Positions 36,021-49,924 of a stretch of 64,000 nucleotides of DNA are shown one piece after another. Each line of letters starts with the position of its first letter. The first letter of the stretch is position 1. The position numbers and the translations under genes are program-made. The DNA is from Mobula hypostoma (Eukaryota): NCBI RefSeq assembly GCF_963921235.1, contig NC_086109.1:34350001-34414000 (forward strand), written 5' to 3'. Below the pieces are notes generated by a model. It was given only the letters and a program-made list of their open reading frames with translations. It ran no database searches and was not told the origin of the DNA.

Positions 36021-39000
36021 TCGTGTTTCACAGACTGATGTCACTCTGCATGTTTTCTGGCCTCTGAGTAGGATTGGATCGTATATTCCAAAGTCAAATG
36101 CTCATGAACAGTTTTTGATAACATTCACACAAAAATGTTATGTCACTTAAGAGAACTGCTCAGCCTCAGGCTTGTTTTTTCACCTCCTATGTTTTGAAAG
36201 ATGCCATAAGCTACCAAAAGCAAGTCAATGTCCCAAAGCAAATAAAACAAAAATTGTTCTCTGTACACATTGGTTAAAATTATGTGCTTAGACACCAACA
36301 AATGCAGCAAAAATATAGAGATCTAATGACCTCCCAGATTTCTGGTTGGTCTAAGAATATAATATGAAAACCATACAGCAAAGGTTAATGTTACCAGTTG
36401 AATATTACTTGCATTCTAAGGCATGAATGTTTGTGATTAGAGGAATTTCCTTTGACGCCTCAGTTTTTGAAAAAAAAATGGGTCCTGCAGCTAATTTGTA
36501 ATTTTTTTCTAGTTATGCTGCTTTTCTGTACAAGAGTTTAGATGGTAGTGATAGGCCTTCTTGTTATAAAAATAATCTTATTAGCTAAGAATAACTGTAA
36601 ATTTATAATGCACACGGAAAAGGTTGGTCCTTTCTATTTTTTGCTATGAATAAGCAACTGCAAACTCATAAAGACAGCAATCTGATTCTTTCCTGTTACA
36701 GTGCAGCTTCCGAAAGAAACAGCTTTGTGAGGATTTAGATAATCATTTGCTTTTCCGCCCTCGGACAGAAGAACATTAAACATGTCAAAAGTCCTAAACT
36801 AGTGTGGAAATGAGAAATTCAATAAATCATATCAGTTACAGTCATGCTGAATGGATGTGTCTCCTGGGAAATGGAAAAGCTTTAGGTATTAATTGATGCA
36901 CTGTTAAAAATGTATCTCAGCAGCAAGCAGATTGTGGAAGAATGATCTGATTAGATAAGTTCAATATCTTCACTTGTTGAGAGTGAATTTGGTTTGCATC
37001 ATACTTACACCTGTAAAATCATATTCATCAGCTCCTAGTTCTATTTTTTTTTATTCCCAGTGCTTTTAACTAAAATGGGTAATGTTACACCAATAGCATT
37101 AAATGAACAAAGTGAGCATTCGACTCAGTGAGTCCATGTTAGCTCTTTGAAAGAGCTATCTAATTAGCTTATTTGTTCTTTCTCAGATTTCTTCCTTTGA
37201 GTGAATTCCTTACACCTTTACATTCTAAAATTTTATAACATACTGTGCTTAAAAAGAATTTTTCTCATCTCTTCTTTAACTACTTGGGTTAGTGATCCTC
37301 CTCACTTCTACAAATTGCTTCACAATTTTGCTCAATTTGGTGCTTGTCTAATGCCCTTCCATTTATTTCCTTTGGCATCTTATATTGTTCTCATTAAACT
37401 CTCATTTTGCCTGATTAACAGGTGAAATGACAGGCTTTTTGAGCAATTTCCTCCTGGAAAAGGAAGGAGTGAAAGCATTCTAGCAAGAAATGAATGACTG
37501 AACTTCATCGAAGTTAACTTCAGAAAGAAAAAAAATTGAAAATGAATGCTATTAAAGACCATGAATCCTGAGGATTTGATGACTTCCTCTGAGGATTTCA
37601 AAGGAAATTTTTTTTTAAAAAGATGCAGTTAATTTAGCCATAATCATTCAAAACATCCAAGGAAAGTCAAGAACTGTTGTTTTAGACTGGGAAATTGTGA
37701 ATTTATCTCCATGCATTCAGAAAGCATCTAGGAAGTGAGAGATCCTTTTGTCAAACATATGTTGATGAAGTTATTTGAATCTAATTAGGAACAGAGTAAG
37801 CATTGCTACAGGTTTGAAATCTTTTGGAAGAGTGAACATGTATTCATTAGGTTAAAAATCACACACAAAAGTGTGAGAATGCATCAATAAGTTTTCCTGT
37901 GTTGGATCATGCCTGTTGAGAAATTGGCTTGGTTGCTTCCAAGCATGATACATATTGGAACACTTGTCTTTTTTTATGGTATCAATTATTAGCCAATGTT
38001 CCATTGCACAACCACATTTCCTCTTTGATTGGCATAATTTTGGGTGGAATTATCTAGGAATAATTGCAGAACAGCTATTAATGCATCCTGCTTACTTTGA
38101 CATCAGTAAGTCCAATTGGAACTCACTACAAAATCCCATTCCAAAGTTCACGGAGTGTGCTTAGAATAACAGGGAGTGCTCTCTTTTGTGCTTTTAACTC
38201 CGGAGGTGCTCATTCAACGGATGCCTCACTGGTGATATTGCTGGCAGCACCCCATTTGTTGGAGAAGTTCATAAGGAAATAATGTGCCCTGCTGATTGAC
38301 TTGGGAACCCTAGGATATAAAGACCTATTGAAAAATGACTCTTCCCATAGGGTCTTCTGAGATGCCACATTTTGTATGAACCTTTCTGAAGAATAATGCA
38401 TTCACAGTCTGAGATTTTCCATGACTGCCACGATATGTGAATGGACCTTTGTCCACACTTTCATGCCCCCCATCCGAGGATCCTCACCATAGGATCATTT
38501 TAAGCTGCTACAGTAGTGCTACACAGTACTACACACCTTGATTCACAGTACAGCATCAGGGAGCACTGTACTCGCACAGGAATGAGTTCAGATATTTTGT
38601 TTTTGGTATTTAACAGGGAACATCTCCTGCTTTGGGATTTGTCAGCATTTCTGGCTTCTCACGAGTACAGCCAGCTGTCAGATTGGCCCTTTAGGGCTTT
38701 TCATGAGCAAGCAAAGTTTCTGTTCGCTCTGAACATTGGGCAGCAATAGCGTTGCTGTCTCTTAGTTCCGGAGAGCCACATTTGAACATGTTCTCTGTTA
38801 ATGTGTGGAGTTTTTGTTTCTTTCCATCAATGTGGCTCTCCCTGGCTCTTCCTGTTTCCCTGCTCCTCTAAAACGTATCATGGTCAGCAGTGAAATATCT
38901 CCTTGGTGTAGGTAGGTGGTGAGAAAATCAGGGTGAAGCTGACATACCTGACCCTGAAATAAAAGAGGAAAGGTAACAGAGAAATAAGTTGTGGCACAGA

Positions 39001-39894
39001 GCTACTGTGCCCAGGATGTGGCTACCACATCCATGCAGACCATTGGGCACCATGTGTATTAATCCAGCATTTGGCCTGTAGCCTTCTCTTGCTGGTGGAT
39101 TTAAATGCTCTCAGCAACTCTGTTTCCACCACCCTCTCGGGCAGTGCATTCCAGGTACTCACCACTCTGCATGAAAAAAGTTCCCCTTAGATTTCCCCCT
39201 CAGAGTGTTCTTACTATTTTCTGCATTTATTTCAGATCTTTAATACGTTGCTTTTGTATTCCCCCAAATATATTGGAAATTAACCTGATAAGTTTGTTAT
39301 ATTGCTTCTCAAAAAAATTTCATCTGATCAGTACGTACATAAATGCTAAACCTCCAGAGGTCTATTTTAGTTCTTTCAGGCAAATAAATGTTCTGGCAAT
39401 TAGCAACTATGATGAAATAGTGCACAGGAACAAACATTTCAGACAGTCAACTCCCACCCACTCCCAGATTCTGTCAAACACATATATACTAAGGGCAATT
39501 TACAGTGGCTAGTTAATCTCTACGTCTTTGGGGTGTGGGAGGAAATGGCTGCACCCAGAGCAATCCCATACGGTTACAGGGAGGGAGTTCAAACTTCACA
39601 AGGGGAGCACTGGAAGTCAGAACTTGAATCCGCATCTCTGGCGCTGAGGCGCAACTGTTGGATTGTTCTGAGAGCTAACAGAAATCTTGATGGGCCAAAT
39701 GGCCACCTTCCATGCCGTAAGGAAAAATGATAAAATAAAGACAATTATTACTGGGACTTCATAGAAAGGGTTTAGGTAGGTTATGATGTTGAAAGTGGAT
39801 CATTGCTGAGGTTGCTGTTGTTTTGAAGAAACATGTAATCTTCCTTTGATGAGTTAAGTGCCTGTAAACGAGCCCTTGGCATACTTAGTAGAAG

Positions 39895-40300
39895 ACAATA
39901 TATCAGAGGAGCAGAATTTCATTCAGCCCAACGAGTCTGCTCCACCATTCCATCGCGGCTGATTTTCATCCCTCTCAATCCCATTCTTCCGCCTTCTCTC
40001 CATAATCTTTCACACCTTTACTAATCAAGAACATATCAGCCTCCACTTTAAAAATTCCTAAGGACTTGCATGCCCACCCTCTCAAAGCCATCCATTGTAA
40101 GGAATTCCACATATTCACCACCCTCTGGCTAAAGAAATTCCTTCTCATCTCTGTTCTAAAGGGATGATCTTGTATTCTGAGGCTGTGCCATCGGGACCTA
40201 GACATGCCCACTATAGGAAACATCCTCTCCACGTTCACTCTGTCTCAGTCTTTCATAGGATTCAATGAAATCCACCCCCTCGTTCTTCTAAACTCCAGTG
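39895..40300 (-). mobile_element. CR1 LINE 3' fragment
   Basis: HSLRIQDHPFRTEMRRNFFSQRVVNMWNSL followed by a CR1-type 3'UTR. Confidence 0.8.
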
Positions 40301-40812
40301 AGTACATTGTGGTTGTACAGTGTACCAACGGAAGGGCAAAATGTGGTTGTGTTCAACACATCTTTCAAAATAATAAACATTGTCTTATTACAGTTGATTG
40401 CTGACATTTTTATGTTCATACACCAGGAAATGCAGACTGCAGTGTATTCTGTGTTGGTCATGAAGAGAGAAGACATCCCGTGATAAAATCCGACAAATAT
40501 CATAGGGCAGCATCTTTTTGGAAAATACTTTTCACAATTTATTGGCTTGGTTGCACTGAATTACATTAGCTGTTGGTTTTAGCCACAGCTCAGTGGTAAC
40601 AATCACACTTCTTTGTGACAAATTTTAAGTTACAGTTCAGAAAGCTGAGCTAAAAATTTGGTTTGGTACCCTGCTGCGGTGACAGAATTTAAATAACTGC
40701 TTTTTTTCTGCACGATCAGACAAGCATTTCCTAGAAATGCATCCATTTTGTTAACACTAAAATATTCGGCTTGAATTTCTTTTAAACAGTTTTGAAACAA
40801 TGTGATGTCGTA

Positions 40813-43800
40813 TGTAGTAACTTCTACTTTCTTCATGCCCAAAGAAACAACTTTATCTTGAACGTCAAAACTGATATGTATATACAGAGGCTTTCACAAC
40901 CTGTACGGCATGGGAGGAATACTATATAAAAAGCACACCAAGAGTAAAAAGAACGGAAATAAAAACCCCCATTATCCTAATTAGTATTAACTTACTTTTA
41001 ATAATGCGCATCTACCATGACAAGAAACATCTGCCCATAAAAGGGCCAGCAAAGTCCAAATGTAGCCTAGACCAGGGGTGGTCTGGCCACTCCCATGGGT
41101 GCAAAGGAGCTGGTGGTGGCATATTCTGATTAGTCTGACATTGCGTGCATGATTTTACCTTGTTCTCCAGATCCTGATCCATTCTTGGCCACCAAACGTA
41201 GGGTCTTGCAAGGCTTTTCATTCGAGACACTCCTGGGTGAGCCTCATGAATTTCCTCCACAATCTGTGAATGGCCAGGGGGAGGCACGATGACCCTCGCC
41301 CCCCAGAAAATGCAGTCATCCTGCAGACTGAGTTCTGTCTTGCGTTTGGCATAAGGCCTCAGTTCCTCTCCTTCCACGACTCTGGGCCAACCTTGTAAAA
41401 GAAAAGTCTTGACTTGGGACAGGACTGGGTCCCTCTCTATCCACTGCCGATCTGGGGCTCCCTCACAGGTGTCTCTGACAACCTCTCCAATGTAAACACA
41501 GTCTCTGGAGGCACATATGTATTAACAGGTGTCTCAGGTAAAGGTAGTCGACTCATTATCCTCACTTGCTCTGTACACTATAGTGTACCGGTAGGCTGAC
41601 AATGTAAGAGCCCAATGCTGTATCCTGGCTGAGGCTAGCGGTGGGATGCATCTAGTCTCACTGAACAGGCTCATCAGTGGTTTATGGTCTGTATAAATGG
41701 TAAATACACGTCCATAAAGGTACTGATGAAAGTGTTTGATGGCAAAAACAATGGCCAGACCTTCTTTGTCTAGCTGTGAATAACCCTTTCTCAGCAGCTG
41801 TCAGGGTATGTGAAGCAAAACCAATAGGCTTCTCTGAACGGTCCTCCATTACATGTGAGAGAACTGCCCCAACTCCATAGGGCGAGGCATCACATGCCAG
41901 GGTGATCTCCTTGTCTGGGTCATAGTGAACAAGCAGCTTCGCTGAGTGGAGGAGTTCTTTCACTTCCTTGAAAGCTTTCTCCTGCTCTTCACCCCACTGC
42001 CACTTAGTGTCATTGTGAAGCAGCTTATACAGTGGGGTCAAAGCCCTTGAGAGGTCAGGAAGAAACTTGCCATAATAATTCATCATGCCTAAAAATGATC
42101 TGAGTTCTGTGACGGTCTTGGGGCTTGGACCTCCTTAATAGCTCTCACTTTGTCCTCCACAGGGCAAAGCCCCTCAGCTGTGATCTTGTGTCCCAGGTAA
42201 GTCACACTCGATGCCAGGAACACACATTTTCCACGTTTCAACCACAGCCCTGTGTCTGAGAGCCTCTTCAGCACCCATTCTAAGTTAGCCAGATGCTCCA
42301 CCTCCATAGCCCCCGTGATCAAATTATCATCAAGTTACACTGCTACGTGTGGAATCCCCTGCAGCAAAGTGTCCATTGTCCTTTGGAAAATGGCAAGGCT
42401 GGACGCCACTCCAAACACCAGGCAATGGTACTTGAATAATCCCCTGTGCGTATTAATTGTGACGTACTCCTTTGAATCCTCGTCGATCAGCAGCTGTTGG
42501 TAGGTGTGGCTCATGTCCATCCTTGTGAACAGCTTACCCCCTGACAGGGTCATCCACCCGTGGCAATGGGTACTCCTCCAGCCTAGAGACCTGATTCACC
42601 GTAAGCTTATAATCCCCATGTATCCTCACCGTTTTGTCTGCCTTCAAAACTGGAACAATGGGGGCCGCCCACTTTGAAAACTGGATGGGCTCAATAATAA
42701 TTCCAGCTCCTCCTCGATTTAGCCTTTCATGGCATAGGGCACCGACCTGGGCTTAAAAAAACGTGGTCTAGCCTCAGGGTCGACATGGATTTTCACTGTC
42801 ACGCCCTTCAGTGTTCCCAGCTCGTCCCTGAAAACGTCACTGCAGAATGTCCTCCGTTGTGTATGCATACTTAATGTCATGCCAGTTTAGCCAGATTTTG
42901 CAAAGCCAATTGCGATCCAAAAGACTGGGCCCCCTGCCTTTAACTATCACTAGCCTGGCTTCAGCCTTCTGACCCCCGGCTGAAATGTCCACATATAACA
43001 CCCTTAAATGAGGTATGGGCTGCCCCGTATAGGTCTTAAGTTTGAGCTTTGACGGTCTAAAGGGAGGCAGGTTGGACCCCCATGTCCTCCTGTAGGTCTC
43101 CTCACTAATGACCGATGCAGTAGCCCCTGAATCAATCTCAAACTTAATGTCCTTTCCCCTCACAGTGACTGTGGCATAATATGGTGCAGGTGGTTCCTCA
43201 TCTGTTTCCATTGCAAACATGTCGTAGACACACGCTGCCTCTTCAGCTGCTTCTTCTAGATGGTGTGTGGCTGCCTGAGCCTGTTGAGCTTTCTCCTGCC
43301 CAGGCTTAATCTTACCCTTTGAACTTCTGCACTTTTTAGCTAAGCGTCCCTTTTTGCTACAAGCATGGCAGACAATGTCTTTGAATTTGCAATCATTTGC
43401 GTAGTGTGTCCCTCCACACCGGAAATATTCCACCCGCTTTGCCTGTTTACCAGTCTCCCTCCTGACTTGGTGCACTGCTGCCGACTGTGACCCCCCACCA
43501 TGTCCTTTCTGGATATCCTTGACATTATTAGCAGCCATCTCCATGCCTTGGGCAATCTCTAAGGCTTTCTTGAAAGTCAACAGTGGGGTTTCCACTAACA
43601 GGCGGCGTTGTATGCCGTCATTATTAAGTCCGCATACCAATCTATCATGGGGCATGTCTTCCAACACGGCTCCGAAATCACAATGCTCCGACAGCTGCCG
43701 AAGCTCGGCCACAAAATTGGCCACAGACTGACCTGGCTTCCTGAAACGGCTGTGAAACTTACACCGTTGGACTATCACAGAAGGTTTCGGATTGTAATGG

Positions 43801-44237
43801 TTCCCCACGAGCTTGACCAGTTCATCATATGGAATGTCCCCCAGTTTCCGCGGTGTGGCTAAATTTCTTATTAGCTTGTAAGTCTTCGCCCCACACACAC
43901 TCAGGAGAATAGAATGCTTCTTAGCCTTCTCCGTAATTCCATTAGCACAGATAAAGTGTTCCAGCCTTTCCTCATACTGCGGCCAGTCCTCCGTTAACTC
44001 CACAAATTCACCAATAGTCCCAAACGTAGCATCCGAACGTGAGGCCCCTTATCGGCACTGCTGCTCCCGCTCGAAACGTGCTGACACGTCCACAAAACCA
44101 ATTCACCTTGTTGCCAAAAATATGTACTAACTTCTACCTTGAAAAAGGCACACTCGACAACTTCATGCCCAAAGAAACAACTTTATCTCGAATGTCAAAA
44201 CCGTTATGTATATACAGAGGCTTTTACAACCCGTACG
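40813..44237 (-). mobile_element. Decayed Gypsy LTR retrotransposon (gag-PR-RT-RH-partial IN)
   Basis: Gag EDWPQYEERLEHF...DRLVCGL; protease FEIDSGA; RT INTHRGLF...FGVASSLAIFQRTMD; RNase H CDASPYGVGAVLSH; integrase HEAHPG...CTQC...WSRLHLDFAGP. Homologous partial LTRs at 40813-41004 and 44123-44237. PBS-like TGGCAACAAGG on the - strand at 44106-44116. Confidence 0.9.
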
Positions 44238-44939
44238 AGATTGGATTTGGTCCTCCATGGCTTCCTAACTGCAGGATCATTCCAGTGTGCTGTGCAGATC
44301 TCTGCTATATCTCAGAATTTGCTGCTTATCTCCAGCAGGGGAAAGGTCACCCAAACTCCACGATCAAAGAGAGAAGACTTGTCTAATTCTGCTCCCCACC
44401 CCCAAACCACAGAGACAAGAAAAGTGGGCATGAACATTTGCCTGCATTGCAAACTTGCCTGAAGTTCAAGCATTCAGATACTTGGCTCATTTCCTTATGG
44501 AGCCCCAGTCAGGAGCGTGACTGTAGCTTTGAGTGGTCTCCATAGCCTGTTGAAACACAAAGAACATGCCTCTCCACTCTATGTTCCATTGTCACAGCAC
44601 TCGGTCAGTGAGTAGTGATGCATCTTTATTGCTGGAAGAAGGCTGTAGATGGTATGTGTCTTTAGGAGCTGGGTGCAATGCTACTGACTGACTACTATGC
44701 GAATAAACAGCACATCAGTAAGAAATGCCATCCTAGTTTTAGCACAGCGTCTTAAAGAAAGACCTGATAACACTGTTCTGTGAACCCTTCAGTTGAAGAG
44801 ATCTTATTCTTTACTCGATGTGACACCAAGTGCTGCTTTAACACCAACAGGTGTAGAGTGATTCCTTAGCTGCTATATTAGAGTGTAAGTGATTTACAGT
44901 TTGGAGTCCTTCAGCCTGCCAAATCCACAACAACCAATT

Positions 44940-45205
44940 TAATTTCCCCAATAATCCCTTTTTTTTAAAATTCCCATTAAATTCTATGAGATTCTACCTC
45001 CCATTTACATACTGGGGCAATCTAAGTTGCCCAGTTAACTGCCCAACCCATACATTTTTGAGATCTGGGAGGAAATTAGACCACCTGGTATAAGTACACA
45101 GGGAAATCGTACAAACTCCACATGGACAGCGCTCAAGGTCAGGATGGAACCGAGGTCCCTGAAGCCATGAGGCAGTGTCACTCAATGTTCTTTTGCTGGT
45201 GCATT
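44940..45205 (-). mobile_element. tRNA-derived SINE (V-SINE/HE1-like); related copies at ~1960-2150, 39490-39660, 53050-53250
   Basis: The - strand has a B-box-like GGTTCCATCC followed by tgtccatgtggagtttgtacg. The same body recurs several times in the window. Confidence 0.55.
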
Positions 45206-45207
45206 GT

Positions 45208-47268
45208 AGAAACATAGAAACATAGAAAATAGGTGCAGGAGTAGGCCATTCGGCCCTTCGAGCCTGCACCCCCATTTATTATGATCATGGCTGATCATCC
45301 AACTCAGAACCCCGCCCCAGCCTTCCCTCCATACCCCCTGATCCCCGTAGCCACAAGGGCCATATCTAACTCCCTCTTAAATATAGCCAATGAACTGGCC
45401 TCAACTGTTTCCTGTGGCAGAGAATTCCACAGATTCACCACTCTCTGTGTGAAGAAATTTTTGCTAATCTCGGTCCTAAAAGGCTTCCCCTTTATCCTCA
45501 AACTGTGGCTCCTTGTTCTGGACTTCCCCAACATTGGGAACAATCTTCCTGCATCTAGCCTGTCCAATCCCTTCTGGATTTTATACGTTTCAATCAGATC
45601 CCCCCTCAATCTTCTAAATTCCAACGAGTACAAGCCCAGTTCATCCAGTCTTTCTTCATATGAAAGTCCTGCCATCCCAGGAATCAATCTGGTGAACCTT
45701 CTTTGTACTCCCTCTATGGCAAGGATGTCTTTCCTCAGATTAGGGGACCAAAACTGCACACAGTACTCCAGGTGTGGTCTCACCAAGGCCTTGTACAACT
45801 GCAGTAGTACCTCCCTGCTCCTGTACTCGAATCTTCTCGCTATAAATGCCAGCATACCATTCGCCTTTTTCACCGCCTGCTGTACCTGCATGCCCACTTT
45901 CAATGACTGGTATATAATGGCACCCAGGTCTCGTTGCACCTCCCCTTTTCCTAATTGGCCACCATTCAGATAATAATCTGTTTTCCTACTTTTGCCACCA
46001 AAGTGGATAACTTCACATTTATCCACATTAAATTGCATCTGCCATGAATTTGCCCACTCACCCAACCTATCCAAGTCACTCTGCATCCTCTTAGCATCCT
46101 CCTCACAGCTAACACTGCCACCCAGCTTTGTGTCATCCGCAAACTTGGAGATGCTGCATTTAATTCCCTCATCCGAGTCATTAACATATATTGTAAACAA
46201 CTGGGGTCCCAGCACTGAGCCTTGCGGTACCCCACTAGTCACCGCCTGCCATTCTGAAAAGGTCCCCTTTATTCCCACTCTTTGCTTCCTGTCTGCTAAC
46301 CAATTCTCCATCCACATCAATACCTTACCCCCAATACCGTGAGCTTTAAGTTTGCACACTAATCTCCTGTGTGGGACCTTGTCAAAAGCCTTTTGAAAAT
46401 CCAAATATACCACATCCACTGGTTCTCCCCTATCCACTCTACTAGTTACATCCTCAAAAAATTCTATGAGATTCGTCAGACATGATTTTCCTTTCACAAA
46501 TCCATGCTGACTTTGTCCGATGATTTCACCGCTTTCCAAATGTGCTGTTATCACATCTTTGATAACTGACTCCAGCAGTTTCCCCACCACTGACGTTAGG
46601 CTAACCGGTCTATAATTCCCCGGTTTCTCTCTCCCTCCTTTTTTAAAAAGTGGGGTTACATTAGCCACCCTCCAATCCTCAGGAACTAGTCCAGAATCTT
46701 AACGAGTTTTGAAAAATTATCACTAATGCATCCAGTATTTCTTGGGCTACTTCCTTAAGCACTCTAGGATGCGGACCATCTGGCCCTGGGGATTTATCTG
46801 CCTTCAATCCCTTCAATTTACCTAACACCACTTCCCTACCAACATGTATTTCGCTCAGTTCCTCCATCTCACTGGACCCTCTGTCCCCTACTATTTCTGG
46901 AAGATTATGTGCTCCTTAGTGAAGACAGAACCAAAGTAATTATTCAATTGGTCTGCCATGTCCTTGCTCCCCATAATCAATTCACCTGTTTCTGTCTGTA
47001 GGGGACCTACATTTGTCCTTACCAGTCTTTTCCTTTTTACATATCTATAAAAGCTTTTACAGTCAGTTTTTATTGTCCCTGCCAGTTTTCTCTCATAATC
47101 TTTTTTCCCCTTCCTAATTAAGCCCTTTGTCCTCCTCTGCTGAACTCTGAATTTCTCCCAGTCCTCAGGTGAGCCACTTTCTCTGGCTAATTTGTATGCT
47201 TCTTCTTTGGAATTGATACTATCCCTAATTTCTCTTGTCAGCCACGGGTGTACTACCTTCCTTGATTT
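45208..47268 (-). mobile_element. 5'-truncated CR1 LINE with an open RT domain
   Basis: 454-aa ORF 45304-46668 has NYRPVSLTS, YLDFQKAFDKV, GVPQGSVLGP, FADD and LEYCVQFWSP. 3' tail (TTTCTATG)n at 45208-45230. Confidence 0.95.
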
Positions 47269-48141
47269 ATGTGTTCCATTTCCAAAATATGGTCCATCAA
47301 ATCCATATATAAAAAGCTTTGGAAAGAAGTGGTGAAGTCAATTAGTCAATTGTAGAGAAATCATTATGTTCTCTGAGTACTTAATATGTCAATAACCCTG
47401 ACTTTAAAAATATATTAATCTGTGAAACTTTGTGATGCAATTGTGTAACTCACAATTTCCTCACTGTACAAAGATGTATGGCTTTGCAGGCTTTCTGTTC
47501 TGGGTAGTTGAAGGTTAGAACTGTGTATGTGAGGTACTAGGATAAAAGCATTGTTCTCTCATGGCCTGACCTGATAACAGCACTGAGAGTATATAAAGAA
47601 ATAACAAACTGGTACCAGACTGCTTAACCCAGTACTTTTGTCATGAGATTGAGAGATAACCTGATGGCACTGGAATAGGAACACAATTCTCCCTTTGCAA
47701 ATGGTAGAAAAGCCTCAGAATTTAAATTCTGATCATGCACAATAGTTAGTTATAACACATTGACAGCACAAGAGGCAACAGTGATGCCAGTGAAATCTCA
47801 TGGAAGCAGCTTGTTTATTCATTAAATGTGAATTGACTTCCACTCTTGTTTCCTGCTTGAACTCGTGTTTCTATGGCAAGAATTCACAATAACAACCTGT
47901 TTAGAAAGTTTAGGAAGAAAAACCCAAATGTGGATGCAGCTGGAAGTCTATGTATATGTAATTTAGTGATGCTAATTTAGTTTCCTGACCTTCACTGAGA
48001 AAGGGGGAGATACCCAACAGTTCAATATTTCCTCAAATTAAGCCAACTGAGTTTTGTAACAATATTGAGAAATATTCCTTAAAAATCTCAGTGATTCTTT
48101 TAGATGTGTTAATTATCTAAGTTTTACTTTTGTTTTTGCAG

Positions 48142-48263
48142 ATTGCCTTTTCAAAGTTTGTCCTATGAACCGCTACTCAGCTCAGAAACAGTACTGGAAA
48201 GCAAAACAGGCAAAGCAGGACAAAGAACAATTTGCAGATGTTGCATTATTGCAGAAGCTTCAG
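48142..48263 (+). CDS. ITPR3: Inositol 1,4,5-trisphosphate receptor type 3, coding exon (equivalent to human exon 3), 122 bp
   Basis: Acceptor tttgtttttgcag, donor CAG|gtgagg. Translates (D)[40 protein letters not shown], matching the ITPR3 form [41 protein letters not shown] as I recall it. Confidence 0.93.
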
Positions 48264-48664
48264 GTGAGGTTTTAATACCTTATATCTTTCTGCATGCATG
48301 GTATCTTTTGAGCACCCTATTAGAAACATAAAAACCTACAGCACAATACAGGCCCTTTGGCTCTCAATGCTGGCCCAACCATGTACTTACTTTAGAAATT
48401 ACCTAGGGTTACCCATAGCCCTCTATTTTTCTAAGCTCATGTACCTATCCGGGATTCTCTTAAAAGACCCTATCATATCCGTCTCCACTACCGTTGCTTC
48501 TGGACAAATGGTTTGTTTTGTGTTAATGTTGATATTTATGGAAATTCCCAAAAATATGATATTTCCTATAAATTTATTTAGTGTATTATGTAGATGTGAC
48601 CTTAATATCACCCTTCTTGGTGAATTGCCATCTGAACTAGTCGGAAACCAGCTTTAAATTTTTG

Positions 48665-49210
48665 GAGAGGTTCACATATTAGATAAATTTTTCTGGGCCA
48701 AGCATGTAGATGCAGTCACAGGAAAGCACATCTGCGTCTTCTCTTAGGAGGTTAAGGAGGTTGAACTTTTCATCGAACTCGAACACACTTTTACAGCTGT
48801 ACTGTTGAATATATCCTAACTGGTTGCATCGTGGAGTTATATGGCAACTCAGATGCACAGAAACGTAAGAAGCTGCAGCTAGTAGTGGACACTGCCCAAT
48901 ACAACATTTCATTTCACTCACTTAGATACCACAGGAGATGCTGCTTCAAGAAGGCAATGTTTATCATCAAAGATTCCCATCATCTGGACCATGCCATCTA
49001 TTTGCAACTGCCATCAGGCAACAGTTGCAGAAGCCTAAAGTCTCACATCATCAGGTCTCACTTCCCTTCAGTCCTTGGTCCTTGAACCAATGAGCAAAGT
49101 TCTAATCACCACAGTTTAGCAACACTACAATCACTTAGAACACTTTGCTCTAAAATGGACTTCTTTTGTTCCAGTTGTATTTTCTTGTAAAAATTGTTCA
49201 TAATTCATGA
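48665..49210 (+). mobile_element. Decayed Rex1/Babar-like 3' fragment
   Basis: YGNSDAQKRKKLQLVVDTAQ...CFKKAMFIIKDSHHLDH...LPSG. Confidence 0.7.
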
Positions 49211-49924
49211 ACATTGATTAGTCCTTCCAGTGAACAATTCCACCCCCCCCCCATTCCCCACTCTGACCGTTCACTTCCTCTCGCCTACCTATTACTTCTT
49301 CCTGGGTCCCCTTCTCCTTCCCTTTCTCTCATTCCCGCTTTTTTCTCCTATCAGAATTTTTCTTCTCCAGCCCTTGAGCTTTCCCACCCACCTGGCTTCA
49401 CCTATCACCTTCCAGCCAGCCTCTTTCCTCACTGCCTACCTTTTCATTCCAACATCTACCCCTACTCAGTTCTGAAGAAATGTCAACTGTTTACTCTTTT
49501 CCATAGATGCTGCCTGACATGTGGAGTTCTTTCAGTATTTTGTGTGTGTTGCCGATACTGGATTTATGCTTTTCTTGTGATTGCTGTTTATGGTCTGCTG
49601 TATCCCTCTGATGCTGCCACAAATAAGATTTTCACTGCATCCGTATATTAGGCATGTAATTGCGGATTTAACAATAAACTGGCCAGAATTTTAGCAAGTG
49701 CTTAGCATGCAACATTGCATAACATCGTCATCATAAGGATTCATTTGTGGTGTGCCATCTTCTTCCACTTTCAAACTATACTGTATATGCCCTGGCCATT
49801 TGAGACTTGATCAACTCCCTATGGACTCAGCTACAGTCCAATTATGACATATGGTATAAACTTCTAAGAATACTGCTGGCTGGTAATGGTGGATAGGAAA
49901 GCACAACCAGCTTAACTCAGAACT

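Noticed and set aside
45281..45973. 230-aa + strand ORF
   Set aside because: Antisense shadow of the CR1 RT frame, with no independent motif.
48143..48331. ORF-track peptide [10 protein letters not shown]... over the exon
   Set aside because: Wrong frame. The real coding frame is the spliced ITPR3 one.
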